NCBI GenBank assembly: GCA_044341565.1
Contig: JBIIRM010000001.1
Span: 1,159-65,158 of the forward strand
DNA length: 64,000 nt
Origin: Minisyncoccia bacterium
GTDB lineage: Bacteria > Patescibacteriota > Minisyncoccia > SW-4-49-11
Direction of reading: 5' to 3'
Shown: one piece after another, positions 37,632 to 47,368 of the stretch
Numbering within the stretch: position 1 is the stretch's first letter
How the letters are laid out: each line of letters starts with the position of its first letter
Made by a program: the position numbers and the translations under genes
The notes under the pieces: generated by a model
What the model was told of the DNA's origin: nothing
Database searches by the model: none
The model's input: the letters and a program-made list of their open reading frames with translations, nothing else

Positions 37632-37698
37632 GGACTAAATGTTAATGAACAAAAATGATTATATCACAAAATAGGTAAAATGTCAATTTGTATAAACA

Positions 37699-39126
37699 TT
37701 AATCAGAGTTGGGAGAAATGGTGCTGTTATCACTGGTATCTTTGATAGTATAGCCTCTTTGATATAGTTCATCTCTTAACTCATCGGCTTTGGTGAAATT
37801 TTTGTCAGCTCTCGCTTTATTACGTTGATTAAATAATTCCAGTATATCAGTAGGAATATCTTGTTCTGTTTTCTTCTCCAATATATCAAGAGCTAATATA
37901 CGCTCAAGCCTCTGGAATGCTTTGATAATATGGCGTCTTGGTATTGGCTCTCCATCATCTATTGCGCTATTGATACTGCGAATAAATTCAAAGATTTGGG
38001 CTATTGCTTGTGGGGAGTCAAGATCATTGAATAGGGCTCGGCGAAAACTGGTATAAGTATCTCGTATGAGTTTTTGTAATTTGAGATTTCTCTTATGATG
38101 AGGTAGAGCTTGTACTCTATGAATAAAGGTGAGTATTCTATTGCGACTTTGTTTGGCTTGTTGTAATGAATCCCAAGAAAAATCTATATCAGAGCGATAA
38201 TGTGCCATTAATACAAGTAGTCTCAAATCAAGAGGGGAATAGCCTTTGTCAATAATATCATCAAGAGTAATAAAAGTCCCCGCTGATTTAGACATTTTAG
38301 TCTTATCTACAGTAAGAAAATAACTATGTAGCCAATAATGCGCCATAGATTTACCGGTATCAGCTGTGAATTGAGCTATTTCATTGGTGTGATGTATAGG
38401 TATATGATCTTTTCCTCCTGTATGTATATCAAAAGGTGCATGTAATAAACTATCTGCCATTACTACACATTCTGAATGCCAACCAGGAAAACCAATTCCC
38501 CAAGGACTATCCCATTCCATTTGTCTTTGTCCATCTTTGGGTGAGAATTTCCATAAAGCAAAATCTGAGGGAGACTTTTTGTCCCCGATATCTACTCGAG
38601 CTCCAGCTTCCTGAGCTTCAAGATTGAGACGTGCAAAATCAGCATATTCTGGGAATTTAGTGGTGTCAAAATAGATTCCATCAGCAATAGTATAGGTATA
38701 TCCTTTTCGTTCTAATCTCTTAATAAGATTAATTTGCTCTTTGATATAATTGGTAGCTTTAGGATAATGATCAGAAGGAATGATATTCAGTTTATCTAAA
38801 TCTTCTCGCCACATTTTGGTATATTTATCAGCAACTTCAATAGCGGTGAGATTTTCTCTTTTAGCTCCTTTTTCTAATTTATCTTCTCCTATATCTTCAT
38901 CACTAATAAGATGCCCTACATCGGTAATATTGGTAACTGAATAAACCGTATAGCCATGAATCATCAAAGTTCTTTTGAGTAAATCATCAAATAAACTTTT
39001 GCGTAAATTTCCAATATGTTGTCTATCATATACGGTTGGACCACAACTATATAGTGATACTCTCTTAGGATGTATTGATTTAAAGGGGACTATTGCTTTA
39101 GCTGAAGTATTATATAGTTTTATCAT
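37699..39126 (-). CDS. cysS: cysteinyl-tRNA synthetase
   Basis: HIGH motif CGPTVYDRQHIGNLR, KMSKS present, Zn-ligand Cys positions (CGPT..., WHSEC). Confidence 0.9.
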   Translation of the reverse strand: MIKLYNTSAKAIVPFKSIHPKRVSLYSCGPTVYDRQHIGNLRKSLFDDLLKRTLMIHGYTVYSVTNITDVGHLISDEDIGEDKLEKGAKRENLTAIEVADKYTKMWREDLDKLNIIPSDHYPKATNYIKEQINLIKRLERKGYTYTIADGIYFDTTKFPEYADFARLNLEAQEAGARVDIGDKKSPSDFALWKFSPKDGQRQMEWDSPWGIGFPGWHSECVVMADSLLHAPFDIHTGGKDHIPIHHTNEIAQFTADTGKSMAHYWLHSYFLTVDKTKMSKSAGTFITLDDIIDKGYSPLDLRLLVLMAHYRSDIDFSWDSLQQAKQSRNRILTFIHRVQALPHHKRNLKLQKLIRDTYTSFRRALFNDLDSPQAIAQIFEFIRSINSAIDDGEPIPRRHIIKAFQRLERILALDILEKKTEQDIPTDILELFNQRNKARADKNFTKADELRDELYQRGYTIKDTSDNSTISPNSD

Positions 39127-39132
39127 ACAAAA

Positions 39133-40785
39133 TTATTGAAGAGGATTAGATGTTGCTTTATTTGGTGGGCGATATGTGGAATAAAATGCATCTCTTTTTA
39201 TCATATTTTCTCCTTCATAAATTTCACGATAAGCTACGGTTTTCATTGATCCATCTGGACTCGATTCAAGCACAACAGGATCTATAGTTTTAGCAGTTTT
39301 CCCTGTAGATGTTCCATAAATTTCATAATAGAGAATAGTTCCTACAATATAATGTTGAAGAAGAATATAATTATTGGTATCATTCTTAAATTTGAAATCA
39401 GGCTTTGGAATATAAATGGTAGCATCTAGTCCTGGCTTTCCATAATAATTGACAATATAAGAGTGATTACGCCGCTCAGTAATAGGTAGGGCAGCATTAA
39501 GAGCTGCGCGGAATAGGGTGGTAGATACCTGACAAATTCCTCCCCCATATTCTGGGATTGTCTTTTTCCCTTTAATGACTAATTCAGGAAGATATCCACT
39601 ACGAGCATCAACTTTACCGAGTGTGTCTACAAAAGAAAATTCATCTCCTGGTTTAATAAGAGTACTTGAGATTTTGTCAGCCGCAACATTAATATTCTTA
39701 ACTCGACTTTTACTTGATCCACGAAAATTAGATTCTCCTCTACCAAGTAATGTTTTGAGCCCAAGTGCATCAAATTGAGACTCGTCAATGAGTGGGGAAG
39801 TCACCGCTACGAATAATTCAGTTTTAGGGATACCAGCTAATATATCATCTCGAATACGTTTGGAACTTTCTTCTAACATTAACTGAGTACCTTCTTTTCC
39901 TTCCTGCACAATTTTGATTTGCTGTGTAGTGGCATCAAATCTCAATTTAGCATCTATTGGTTGACTAGTAAGAGTTTTTTGTACCGACTCCAAGTATTCT
40001 TTAATGATATCTTGGGATATACCCAGTTTACGAGTTGTGGGATCAATGGTAATCCAGGTTACAATTTCCTCAGGAGGAATAGTAATGGTGGTGTCATTGA
40101 AAAAGATATCATGTTTTACTAAAAACCCTTCTAAATCAGATTTTTGAGCTTCCCAAGAACTCGTGGTAATAGTAGGCATTTCTTTTTTGAGAGGGATTTC
40201 AATACGGGCTTCATCTTTATTCAGCTCAGCAAGAATAAGAGGAGCAATAGCTTCGCTATCAATACTTTCTCCCGCTTGTTCGGGTATAATAGTAACTTGT
40301 CCATTGATATAATCTAATTTAGCATCGGCTAAGGTATTAAGGGCGGGATTGACTTTTGCTCCAAGGGAAGATTCTATATTCCCAATATCAGAGCTATATA
40401 CCCAATTTATAGAAATAGGTTGAAAAAGTTTTTGGAGGAGCTCTACAATATTACCTTCTCGTTTTATTTTATAGGCTTTAACCAAAGTATCATCGGTATT
40501 TAGAGTAAGCCCAAGCTCTGCTAAACTAGTAGGATATTCTTGATCTCCATAGGTTAATAGTATCGGTTTTTCACTTAAATTTTTATTTTGTTCTTCTAAA
40601 ATAGTAAAAGCTTCTTTGAGATTTTTGGAACTAATATCTATTCCCTGTACAGATACTTTGGGATAAATTGAATCACGATATGCATATGCTGCCCCACCAA
40701 TAGATAAGGCAATAACCCCAAGACTAATTCCTGAGATGATTATAGGTTTTTTTACTTTTTGCCAAGTTAATTTCATATCAGACAT
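39133..40785 (-). CDS. VanW-family protein with N-terminal TM anchor
   Basis: GGGICQVSTTLFRAALNAALP is the VanW domain signature. Signal-anchor ISGISLGVIALSIGGAAYA. Confidence 0.65.
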   Translation of the reverse strand: MSDMKLTWQKVKKPIIISGISLGVIALSIGGAAYAYRDSIYPKVSVQGIDISSKNLKEAFTILEEQNKNLSEKPILLTYGDQEYPTSLAELGLTLNTDDTLVKAYKIKREGNIVELLQKLFQPISINWVYSSDIGNIESSLGAKVNPALNTLADAKLDYINGQVTIIPEQAGESIDSEAIAPLILAELNKDEARIEIPLKKEMPTITTSSWEAQKSDLEGFLVKHDIFFNDTTITIPPEEIVTWITIDPTTRKLGISQDIIKEYLESVQKTLTSQPIDAKLRFDATTQQIKIVQEGKEGTQLMLEESSKRIRDDILAGIPKTELFVAVTSPLIDESQFDALGLKTLLGRGESNFRGSSKSRVKNINVAADKISSTLIKPGDEFSFVDTLGKVDARSGYLPELVIKGKKTIPEYGGGICQVSTTLFRAALNAALPITERRNHSYIVNYYGKPGLDATIYIPKPDFKFKNDTNNYILLQHYIVGTILYYEIYGTSTGKTAKTIDPVVLESSPDGSMKTVAYREIYEGENMIKRDAFYSTYRPPNKATSNPLQ

Positions 40786-40825
40786 CTATGTATTATGTAT
40801 AGTGTACTATAGCTTATATATATTA

Positions 40826-41815
40826 TCAAATTGATTTACCTCTCAATTTACGAAATACGCTATATAGAGAGAATACTATATGATTGTGAATCATAATTTG
40901 GCTTGTAGGATAGTTTATTGTCTCTCCTCCAAATTGTATTTTGAAACGAGAAATTCCTTGCCAACTTTTCTTGGTAGTAGAAATTCCCCAAAAATCATAA
41001 ACTTTTTTACCAAGTTTTCTTGCCTCTTTAATAGATTTCCATTGAAGTAGTGTTGGAGCCATTAAATTACGATATTGATTACTTGAAGCTCCATGCAGAT
41101 ATATTCGTTCTGTTGGGGTATCAAGAATAATATTAGCAGCCAAAACCGTAGAATCATATTCAGCAATAATGAGGAATGTTTTAATTGTGGGTAGTTTAGT
41201 TGTGAGTAAATGATAATAATGCTCTTTATTATGTATAGCAAATTTTCCTCTTTGACTGGTATCTTGTATCAGCCGAAAAAATTGATTAAAATATGTTTCA
41301 AAACCAGTATCATCATTATTAATCTTTTTGATTATTACTCCTTTACGCTCAGCAAGTTTGATATTATAGCGCATTTTAGAATGAATAGATTTAAATAGAG
41401 TATCTTCATCTTGTTCAAGATTCAATATTTGGGTTTGATGAGGAAGTCTCTCGGTTGAACTGACTTTTGTATTATTTTCCCATATTTGGATAGGATTTAG
41501 CTTAGTAGGTTCGATTAAGGTGAATACTGCCTTATATTTTTGTGCTATGGTTTTGATATTATCCCAAAACTCATTTTTTTGCTCTGGGCTTATATTTTCC
41601 TGATACAATATGGGTCCTCGAGGAATATATAATTGAGTATAGGATCCAATCAAATGATATATATACACTTGTGCAAATAATACGGGCTTATCATTATCAG
41701 TAATATATATTCTCTCAACTGCTAATATATCCTTTGCAATTAATAGGGCCCAATCTGATAACTGATAATATTCAGGTATATTTTGAGGGGAAATATCTGT
41801 GAGCTGTAAAATCAT
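40826..41815 (-). CDS. FemAB-family peptidyltransferase (peptidoglycan interpeptide-bridge formation)
   Basis: 329 aa. Two GNAT-like halves. Overall similarity pattern to FemX/FemAB (ERKGVIIK, central region LIQDTSQRGKFAIH). Call rests on moderate confidence. Confidence 0.5.
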   Translation of the reverse strand: MILQLTDISPQNIPEYYQLSDWALLIAKDILAVERIYITDNDKPVLFAQVYIYHLIGSYTQLYIPRGPILYQENISPEQKNEFWDNIKTIAQKYKAVFTLIEPTKLNPIQIWENNTKVSSTERLPHQTQILNLEQDEDTLFKSIHSKMRYNIKLAERKGVIIKKINNDDTGFETYFNQFFRLIQDTSQRGKFAIHNKEHYYHLLTTKLPTIKTFLIIAEYDSTVLAANIILDTPTERIYLHGASSNQYRNLMAPTLLQWKSIKEARKLGKKVYDFWGISTTKKSWQGISRFKIQFGGETINYPTSQIMIHNHIVFSLYSVFRKLRGKSI

Positions 41816-42774
41816 ATAGCTTGTGGATTTAGAGTCTCGGATATAGATATTAATTCCTCAAGGGATAATAATCCATTGACTGAACCTACTTCTCGGAGCA
41901 CCGCAGAAGATTGAATAATTCCCCATATTAATGATTGAGATATATTATCAGATTGAATAAATGAGGCCAGAAAAGCTGCTGCAAAGGCATCTCCCGCCCC
42001 TGTAGTCTCAGCAACGGTAACTGGTCTTGATGGTAGATAAAGAATGGTATTCTCAGTACTGACATAGGCTCCATTATTTCCATCGGTGAGCACAATAATG
42101 GGTATTCCTAATATATGTATAGCTTGAATAAGATTGGGTATAGACTCTTCTTTAAAATTATTAATAATATATTGTGCCTCTTCTTTATTTACAAAAATAA
42201 TTTCAATTTTAGGGATAAGATTATGTATTAAATCTAAATGATTTTTGAGTAAATAGGATCCTGGATTAAAAGCAATTCTATGAGGGATATTTTCTGCAAT
42301 AACAGATTCTAATAATGGTTCACATCCATGACTTAATGAGGTAATATATAGCCAGTCAGCTTCTGGAATTTGTATAGAATTATAATTCTTGGGAGTATGA
42401 TAAGATAATACGACTCGCTCTCCTGACAGGGAGAGAATAGTAGATTGATTAATACCGGAGTCTTCTGAAATATCTATATGGTCAGTATTAATATGAGATT
42501 CAGCAATAGTATTCACAATGTATTGAGATAATTCATCATTACCGACTGAGGCAATAAGAGCGGATGATATTTGTAATAATGTTAAACCATAGGCAATATT
42601 ATAAGCATTTCCCCCAAGAGATTCATATATATCAGAGATAGGAATTTTTTGACCTAATTCTAAATTAAATACAAAATTTCCTGGATTATCCGGGGAAGGT
42701 ATAATAGGTGTTTCAGGTAATAATAAAAATCTATCAAGCGAAATATCTCCAAGAATAGCACATTGATAATTCAT
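41812..42774 (-). CDS. PfkB-family carbohydrate kinase (ribokinase-like)
   Basis: C-terminal GAGDAFAAAFLASF (PfkB signature 2); N-terminal GG-dipeptide region. Confidence 0.75.
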   Translation of the reverse strand: MNYQCAILGDISLDRFLLLPETPIIPSPDNPGNFVFNLELGQKIPISDIYESLGGNAYNIAYGLTLLQISSALIASVGNDELSQYIVNTIAESHINTDHIDISEDSGINQSTILSLSGERVVLSYHTPKNYNSIQIPEADWLYITSLSHGCEPLLESVIAENIPHRIAFNPGSYLLKNHLDLIHNLIPKIEIIFVNKEEAQYIINNFKEESIPNLIQAIHILGIPIIVLTDGNNGAYVSTENTILYLPSRPVTVAETTGAGDAFAAAFLASFIQSDNISQSLIWGIIQSSAVLREVGSVNGLLSLEELISISETLNPQAI

Positions 42775-42778
42775 AATA

Positions 42779-43213
42779 TTAGGATTGAATAATAATAGAT
42801 CTCTCTTCCGGGCTTATCACATCAAAAATAATTTGAATATGAGGAATATCTTTCCAAAGATTAGGTGTTTTATTTGCCCATTCAATAAGAAGTATAGATT
42901 TAGGATTTTGTAATATATCATTAATGCCGAGTTCCAATACTTCCCACTCTTGCTCGAGGCGATATAAATCAAAATGATATACCGTATATTCTGAATTAGG
43001 GATTGTATATGGTTTCATAATTACAAAAGTTGGGCTATTGACCGTTTGAGTAATACCAAGTACTTTTAGGAATCCCTGACTAAATGTTGTTTTCCCCCCT
43101 CCAAGTTCCCCATCAAGTAATATGAGCCGAGGTTTTAATCCCTCTAAAACTTCCTGCGCGAGAGTTTGGGCAATTTCTTGAGTTTGTGTGATAGAGTGAG
43201 AAAGTATACTCAT
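42779..43213 (-). CDS. tsaE: tRNA threonylcarbamoyladenosine biosynthesis protein TsaE
   Basis: GELGGGKTTFSQGF Walker A; VNSPTFVIMKPY; 144 aa. Confidence 0.8.
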   Translation of the reverse strand: MSILSHSITQTQEIAQTLAQEVLEGLKPRLILLDGELGGGKTTFSQGFLKVLGITQTVNSPTFVIMKPYTIPNSEYTVYHFDLYRLEQEWEVLELGINDILQNPKSILLIEWANKTPNLWKDIPHIQIIFDVISPEERSIIIQS

Positions 43214-43214
43214 A

Positions 43215-46205
43215 TTATAATACTGTAATTCCTAATACCCGTTCAATTTCAGCAAAATCAGTAGTATGATCTAATACCTTTAGAATACCAGAAACTTCCA
43301 AGGTTGTCATGCCCTCTTTAATAGCTAAATCTTTAATACGGGCGGTGGATGCTTGACTAATAATAATTTCTTTAATAGCTGGGCTAATAACAAGCACTTC
43401 AAATATAGCCATAATACCAAGATATCCATCGGGATGATCGGGGCTTGAATTAGCTTGTAATATAGTATCAGGAATAAGATTATGATAATGTTCTGGTAAT
43501 TTAGAGCGAATAATATCTTTTTGTTCATCAGTTAAAGTGATAGGAGTAGCGGTAGCTGGGTCAAGTTTACGAATAATACGTTGAGCAATAGTAACATTAA
43601 CAAAGGCAGCAATTTCAGAAAGACCAACACCCAAATCATATAATCTCAAAATTGCAGAAGCAGCATCATTAGTATGCAAAGTAGATAGCAAAAGATGTCC
43701 CGTTGCTGCTGTTTGCATAGCAACTTTAGCAGTTTCATTATCTCGAATTTCTCCAATAAGTACAATATTAGGGTTTTGTCTTAATAGGGCTCGAATAGCA
43801 TTGGGAAAACTATAACCAGTCTCTTCATTAATACTCGTTTGGAGAATTCCTGACAATTTGTATTCAATTGGATCTTCAATGGTAATAATTTTCACCCCAG
43901 GCTGATTGAGGGTGTTAAGAGTTGCATAAAGAGTGGTAGATTTTCCAGCACTAGTAGGACCTGTTACAAGTATAAGTCCAGTAGTAGCTTTGAGCTGAGC
44001 TTTAAGAAGGCCAATATTATATTCATCCATTCCAAGATCTTTGAGTCCGAGGCTTGCAATATCTGACCTTAGGATACGAAGTACAATGGTTTGACCATAT
44101 CCTCCGGGAATAATAGAAACTCTTACATCAAAATTCTTCTCAGTAAAAATAGTAAATCTTCCCTCCTGAATAGTATTGCTAATATCCAGAGCTAGACCTG
44201 AGAATATTTTGATTTGGGTTAAAATTTGAGGATAAAGAGATTTTGGAATACGAGCCTCTTCATATAAAACTCCATCAATACGAAATCGAATAATTAAATC
44301 TCCCTCATCAGGCTCAAGATGAATATCAGTAGCTCTTTTTGAGAGGGCTGCTGTAGTAATAGCAGTTAATTGATCATTAATTGACATAGACTCAGACAAT
44401 TGACTAATTTGAGGAGGGGTATTACTCGGCTTTATATGAATTCCACGAGATAATGCTGACGTAAGGGTTGACTCATATAATTCTTCAATATAATTTATAT
44501 CTCCAGCTACAGCTAAGACTTCTTCAAATGAAGTTTCTCCATCAATAGCATGAAGAATTCCATCTTGGAATAAGGTTACCATTCCATTTTCTATAGCTTT
44601 ACGAAATATTTTGAATTCAGGGGTATTATTACTAATTAATTCTTTAATATTGTCACGAGCTTCAAATAACTCATAAATAGCAAGACGCCCTTTATATCCA
44701 AGCCCATAACATTTAGGACAACCTTTGGGCTTATATAATTTAGTTACTTCTTTAGGTATGGTTATATTAGATTTGGGAGAAATAATGGCAAGAGCATGAT
44801 TAATCGTTGTGACCTCTTCCTCTGATGGAATATATTCCTCTTTACATTCACATAATCGCCGCAATAATCTTTGAGCAATAAATAAATTCATGGCAGATAT
44901 GATAAGTGGGGGGGGCACATCAAATTCTTGTAATCTGGTTACAATACCTACGGAATCATTGGTGTGAATAGTAGAGAATACGAGATGACCAGTAATGGAA
45001 GCATTCACTGCAATATTGGCAGTATCATTGTCTCTAATTTCTCCAATCATAATCACATCGGGGTCTTGTCTTACGATGGCTTTTAATCCATTAGCAAAAG
45101 TATATCCTTTTTTAATATCAACTTGAGTTTGATTGATATTTTGTAATCGATATTCAATTGGATCTTCAAGAGTAATAATATTGGTCTCACTTCTATTTAT
45201 ATAATTTAGAAAAGAATAAAGGCTGGTAGTTTTTCCTGATCCTGTAGGCCCTGATAACATAATCATACCTTGGGATTTCTCAAGATTTCTTAAAATAATA
45301 TCTAGAAAAGGGGGTCTAATTCCAAATGAATAAATATCTAAATTGTGAATTTCGGTATTCAATAATCGCATCACAATAATTTCTCCTGTTTTACTCGGCA
45401 ATATAGAAACTCTTACATCAATAGTTTGTTTATTAGCACCATCTTTATCAACAATTACAATACTAAATCGTCCATCTTGTGAAGTGCTTTTAACATTAAG
45501 CACTAATGATGCAAGATTCTTGATACGGGATATAAGAGATTTATAAAGATTAGCATCAAAATTTAAAATATCTTGTAAAACTCCATCAATACGATAGCGC
45601 AAACGGGTAAAAGATCCTTTGGGTTCAATATGTATATCGCTAGCAAAAGAGGATATAGCTCCTGCACAAATCATTTGAATTAACTCTGAAGTTTCTACGG
45701 AATTAATTTTTTGAGCAAAATCCTCAAGTTTCACAATATCACTCTGAGTATCTTCTATCATATACTCCGGAATAAGTAGTCTATCCTTTACAATTTGTCC
45801 TCTATCCTGCAGAAAATCATAAGAAGCATATCCTTTCTCAAGACTATATTTTGAAACTAAATATAATTCTATCTGATACTCTTTTTGATAAAATTGTTGT
45901 AAAACTGTTTTTGTAAGAATATTGTTAATATCTCCAATAGCAATTTTGAGATGAATCCCTGAGCGTTGAAATATAATCATACCAGCCTTCTCGGCTTGTT
46001 CTCGAGTCAAGATTTTAAGAGCATCAGGATTAATTGGAATAAATTTGAGATTAATATAGGCAATTCCAAGAGTATCTGCTTTTCTTTGTGTGGCGAGTTC
46101 CTCTTCTTTTTTTCGAATTAATGTTAAATTTGATCCCGCAGCTGTATTAGTCTGGAGTTTTTCTCGAAAACTTTGGCGATTTGATTGTTTATTTATTGAA
46201 GCCAT
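43215..46205 (-). CDS. GspE/PilB-type secretion ATPase with two complete ATPase cores fused in tandem (T2SE_N + ATPase + ATPase)
   Basis: Core 1: SGPTGSGKTT, LEDPIEY, IMIGEIRD...TGHLVFSTIHTND, tetracysteine CECK...CPKCYG. Core 2: TGPTSAGKST, IEDPIEY, VLIGEIRD...TGHLLLSTLHTND, no Cys cluster. N-terminal GspE_N-like domain. Confidence 0.85.
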   Translation of the reverse strand: MASINKQSNRQSFREKLQTNTAAGSNLTLIRKKEEELATQRKADTLGIAYINLKFIPINPDALKILTREQAEKAGMIIFQRSGIHLKIAIGDINNILTKTVLQQFYQKEYQIELYLVSKYSLEKGYASYDFLQDRGQIVKDRLLIPEYMIEDTQSDIVKLEDFAQKINSVETSELIQMICAGAISSFASDIHIEPKGSFTRLRYRIDGVLQDILNFDANLYKSLISRIKNLASLVLNVKSTSQDGRFSIVIVDKDGANKQTIDVRVSILPSKTGEIIVMRLLNTEIHNLDIYSFGIRPPFLDIILRNLEKSQGMIMLSGPTGSGKTTSLYSFLNYINRSETNIITLEDPIEYRLQNINQTQVDIKKGYTFANGLKAIVRQDPDVIMIGEIRDNDTANIAVNASITGHLVFSTIHTNDSVGIVTRLQEFDVPPPLIISAMNLFIAQRLLRRLCECKEEYIPSEEEVTTINHALAIISPKSNITIPKEVTKLYKPKGCPKCYGLGYKGRLAIYELFEARDNIKELISNNTPEFKIFRKAIENGMVTLFQDGILHAIDGETSFEEVLAVAGDINYIEELYESTLTSALSRGIHIKPSNTPPQISQLSESMSINDQLTAITTAALSKRATDIHLEPDEGDLIIRFRIDGVLYEEARIPKSLYPQILTQIKIFSGLALDISNTIQEGRFTIFTEKNFDVRVSIIPGGYGQTIVLRILRSDIASLGLKDLGMDEYNIGLLKAQLKATTGLILVTGPTSAGKSTTLYATLNTLNQPGVKIITIEDPIEYKLSGILQTSINEETGYSFPNAIRALLRQNPNIVLIGEIRDNETAKVAMQTAATGHLLLSTLHTNDAASAILRLYDLGVGLSEIAAFVNVTIAQRIIRKLDPATATPITLTDEQKDIIRSKLPEHYHNLIPDTILQANSSPDHPDGYLGIMAIFEVLVISPAIKEIIISQASTARIKDLAIKEGMTTLEVSGILKVLDHTTDFAEIERVLGITVL

Positions 46206-46297
46206 GGCATATTTATATGCATACAGTATATCATATAGTCTTGAGGCTGTCTAAACTATATGGTCAATATATAGTCACTATGATATACTGATTATAT

Positions 46298-47368
46298 ATG
46301 AGATATATTCAAGATATTCCTTATTCTCTCAAAGGAAAAAAAGTTTTAATACGAATTGATGTTAATGAACCTGTTAATGCTGAAGGATATCCTCAGGATG
46401 CTTTTCGTATTAAAAAAGCTTTAGCGACCATTCAATATTTTCGAGAAAAAGAGGCAAAAATTATATTAATTGCTCATCTTGGAAGTCCTCAAGAATCAGG
46501 AATTGAAGGATTATCTTTGAAATATATTGCGCAAGTATTAGGAGAATTAGGGGGATTCCCAGTAACATTTATCGATAAACCAATACGTGAAGTCAATGCA
46601 GATATTATTTCAAATCTTAAGACAGGAGAAATAGTTTTTTTAGAAAATATTCGTTTTGATGCCGGAGAAGAGGTAAATGATAAAGAATTTGCTCATCTCT
46701 TAGCCCAATTTGGGAATATATATATTAACGATGCTTTTTCTGTATCTCATCGAAAGCATGCTTCCGTGTCAGCTATTACAGAATACCTTCCATCCTTTGC
46801 GGGACTGCAATTAGCTCAGGAAATTGAAGTGTTGAATCGTATACTAATAAGTCCGGATACACCTGCAATAGCAATTATTGGAGGAGCGAAAATTTCAACA
46901 AAATTACCAGTAATTTCAGTACTAGAAGAAATATTTGACTATATATTGGTGGGAGGGAAAATTGCTAATGAATATCTTGAAGAATATGGTCAGGCGCAAA
47001 GTGAAAAAATTATATTACCCATTGATTTTGTAGGGGTAGAAAAATATGATATTGGCCCAAAAACAAGAGCATTGTTTGGGGAATATATTCATAAAGCTGC
47101 AACTATTGTTTGGAATGGTCCTTTGGGTTATTTTGAGAAAAAACCCTATGATGAGGGAACTCAATATATAGCGGAAGCTATTGCTCAGAATGAATCGAGT
47201 TATTCCGTACTTGGTGGGGGAGAAACGGTAGATGAAATTTATAACTTACATCAAGAATCAAAAATAGATTTTATCTCAACTGGGGGTGGAGCTATGCTTG
47301 AGTATATAGCTCAAAAAGGGCAATTACCAGGAATACAAGCTCTTGAAAATAATACAAAGAATTCATGA
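46298..47368 (+). CDS. pgk: phosphoglycerate kinase
   Basis: VLIRIDVNEPV, Gly-rich hinge, GGGAMLEY; 356 aa, shorter than usual. Confidence 0.85.
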   Translation: MRYIQDIPYSLKGKKVLIRIDVNEPVNAEGYPQDAFRIKKALATIQYFREKEAKIILIAHLGSPQESGIEGLSLKYIAQVLGELGGFPVTFIDKPIREVNADIISNLKTGEIVFLENIRFDAGEEVNDKEFAHLLAQFGNIYINDAFSVSHRKHASVSAITEYLPSFAGLQLAQEIEVLNRILISPDTPAIAIIGGAKISTKLPVISVLEEIFDYILVGGKIANEYLEEYGQAQSEKIILPIDFVGVEKYDIGPKTRALFGEYIHKAATIVWNGPLGYFEKKPYDEGTQYIAEAIAQNESSYSVLGGGETVDEIYNLHQESKIDFISTGGGAMLEYIAQKGQLPGIQALENNTKNS

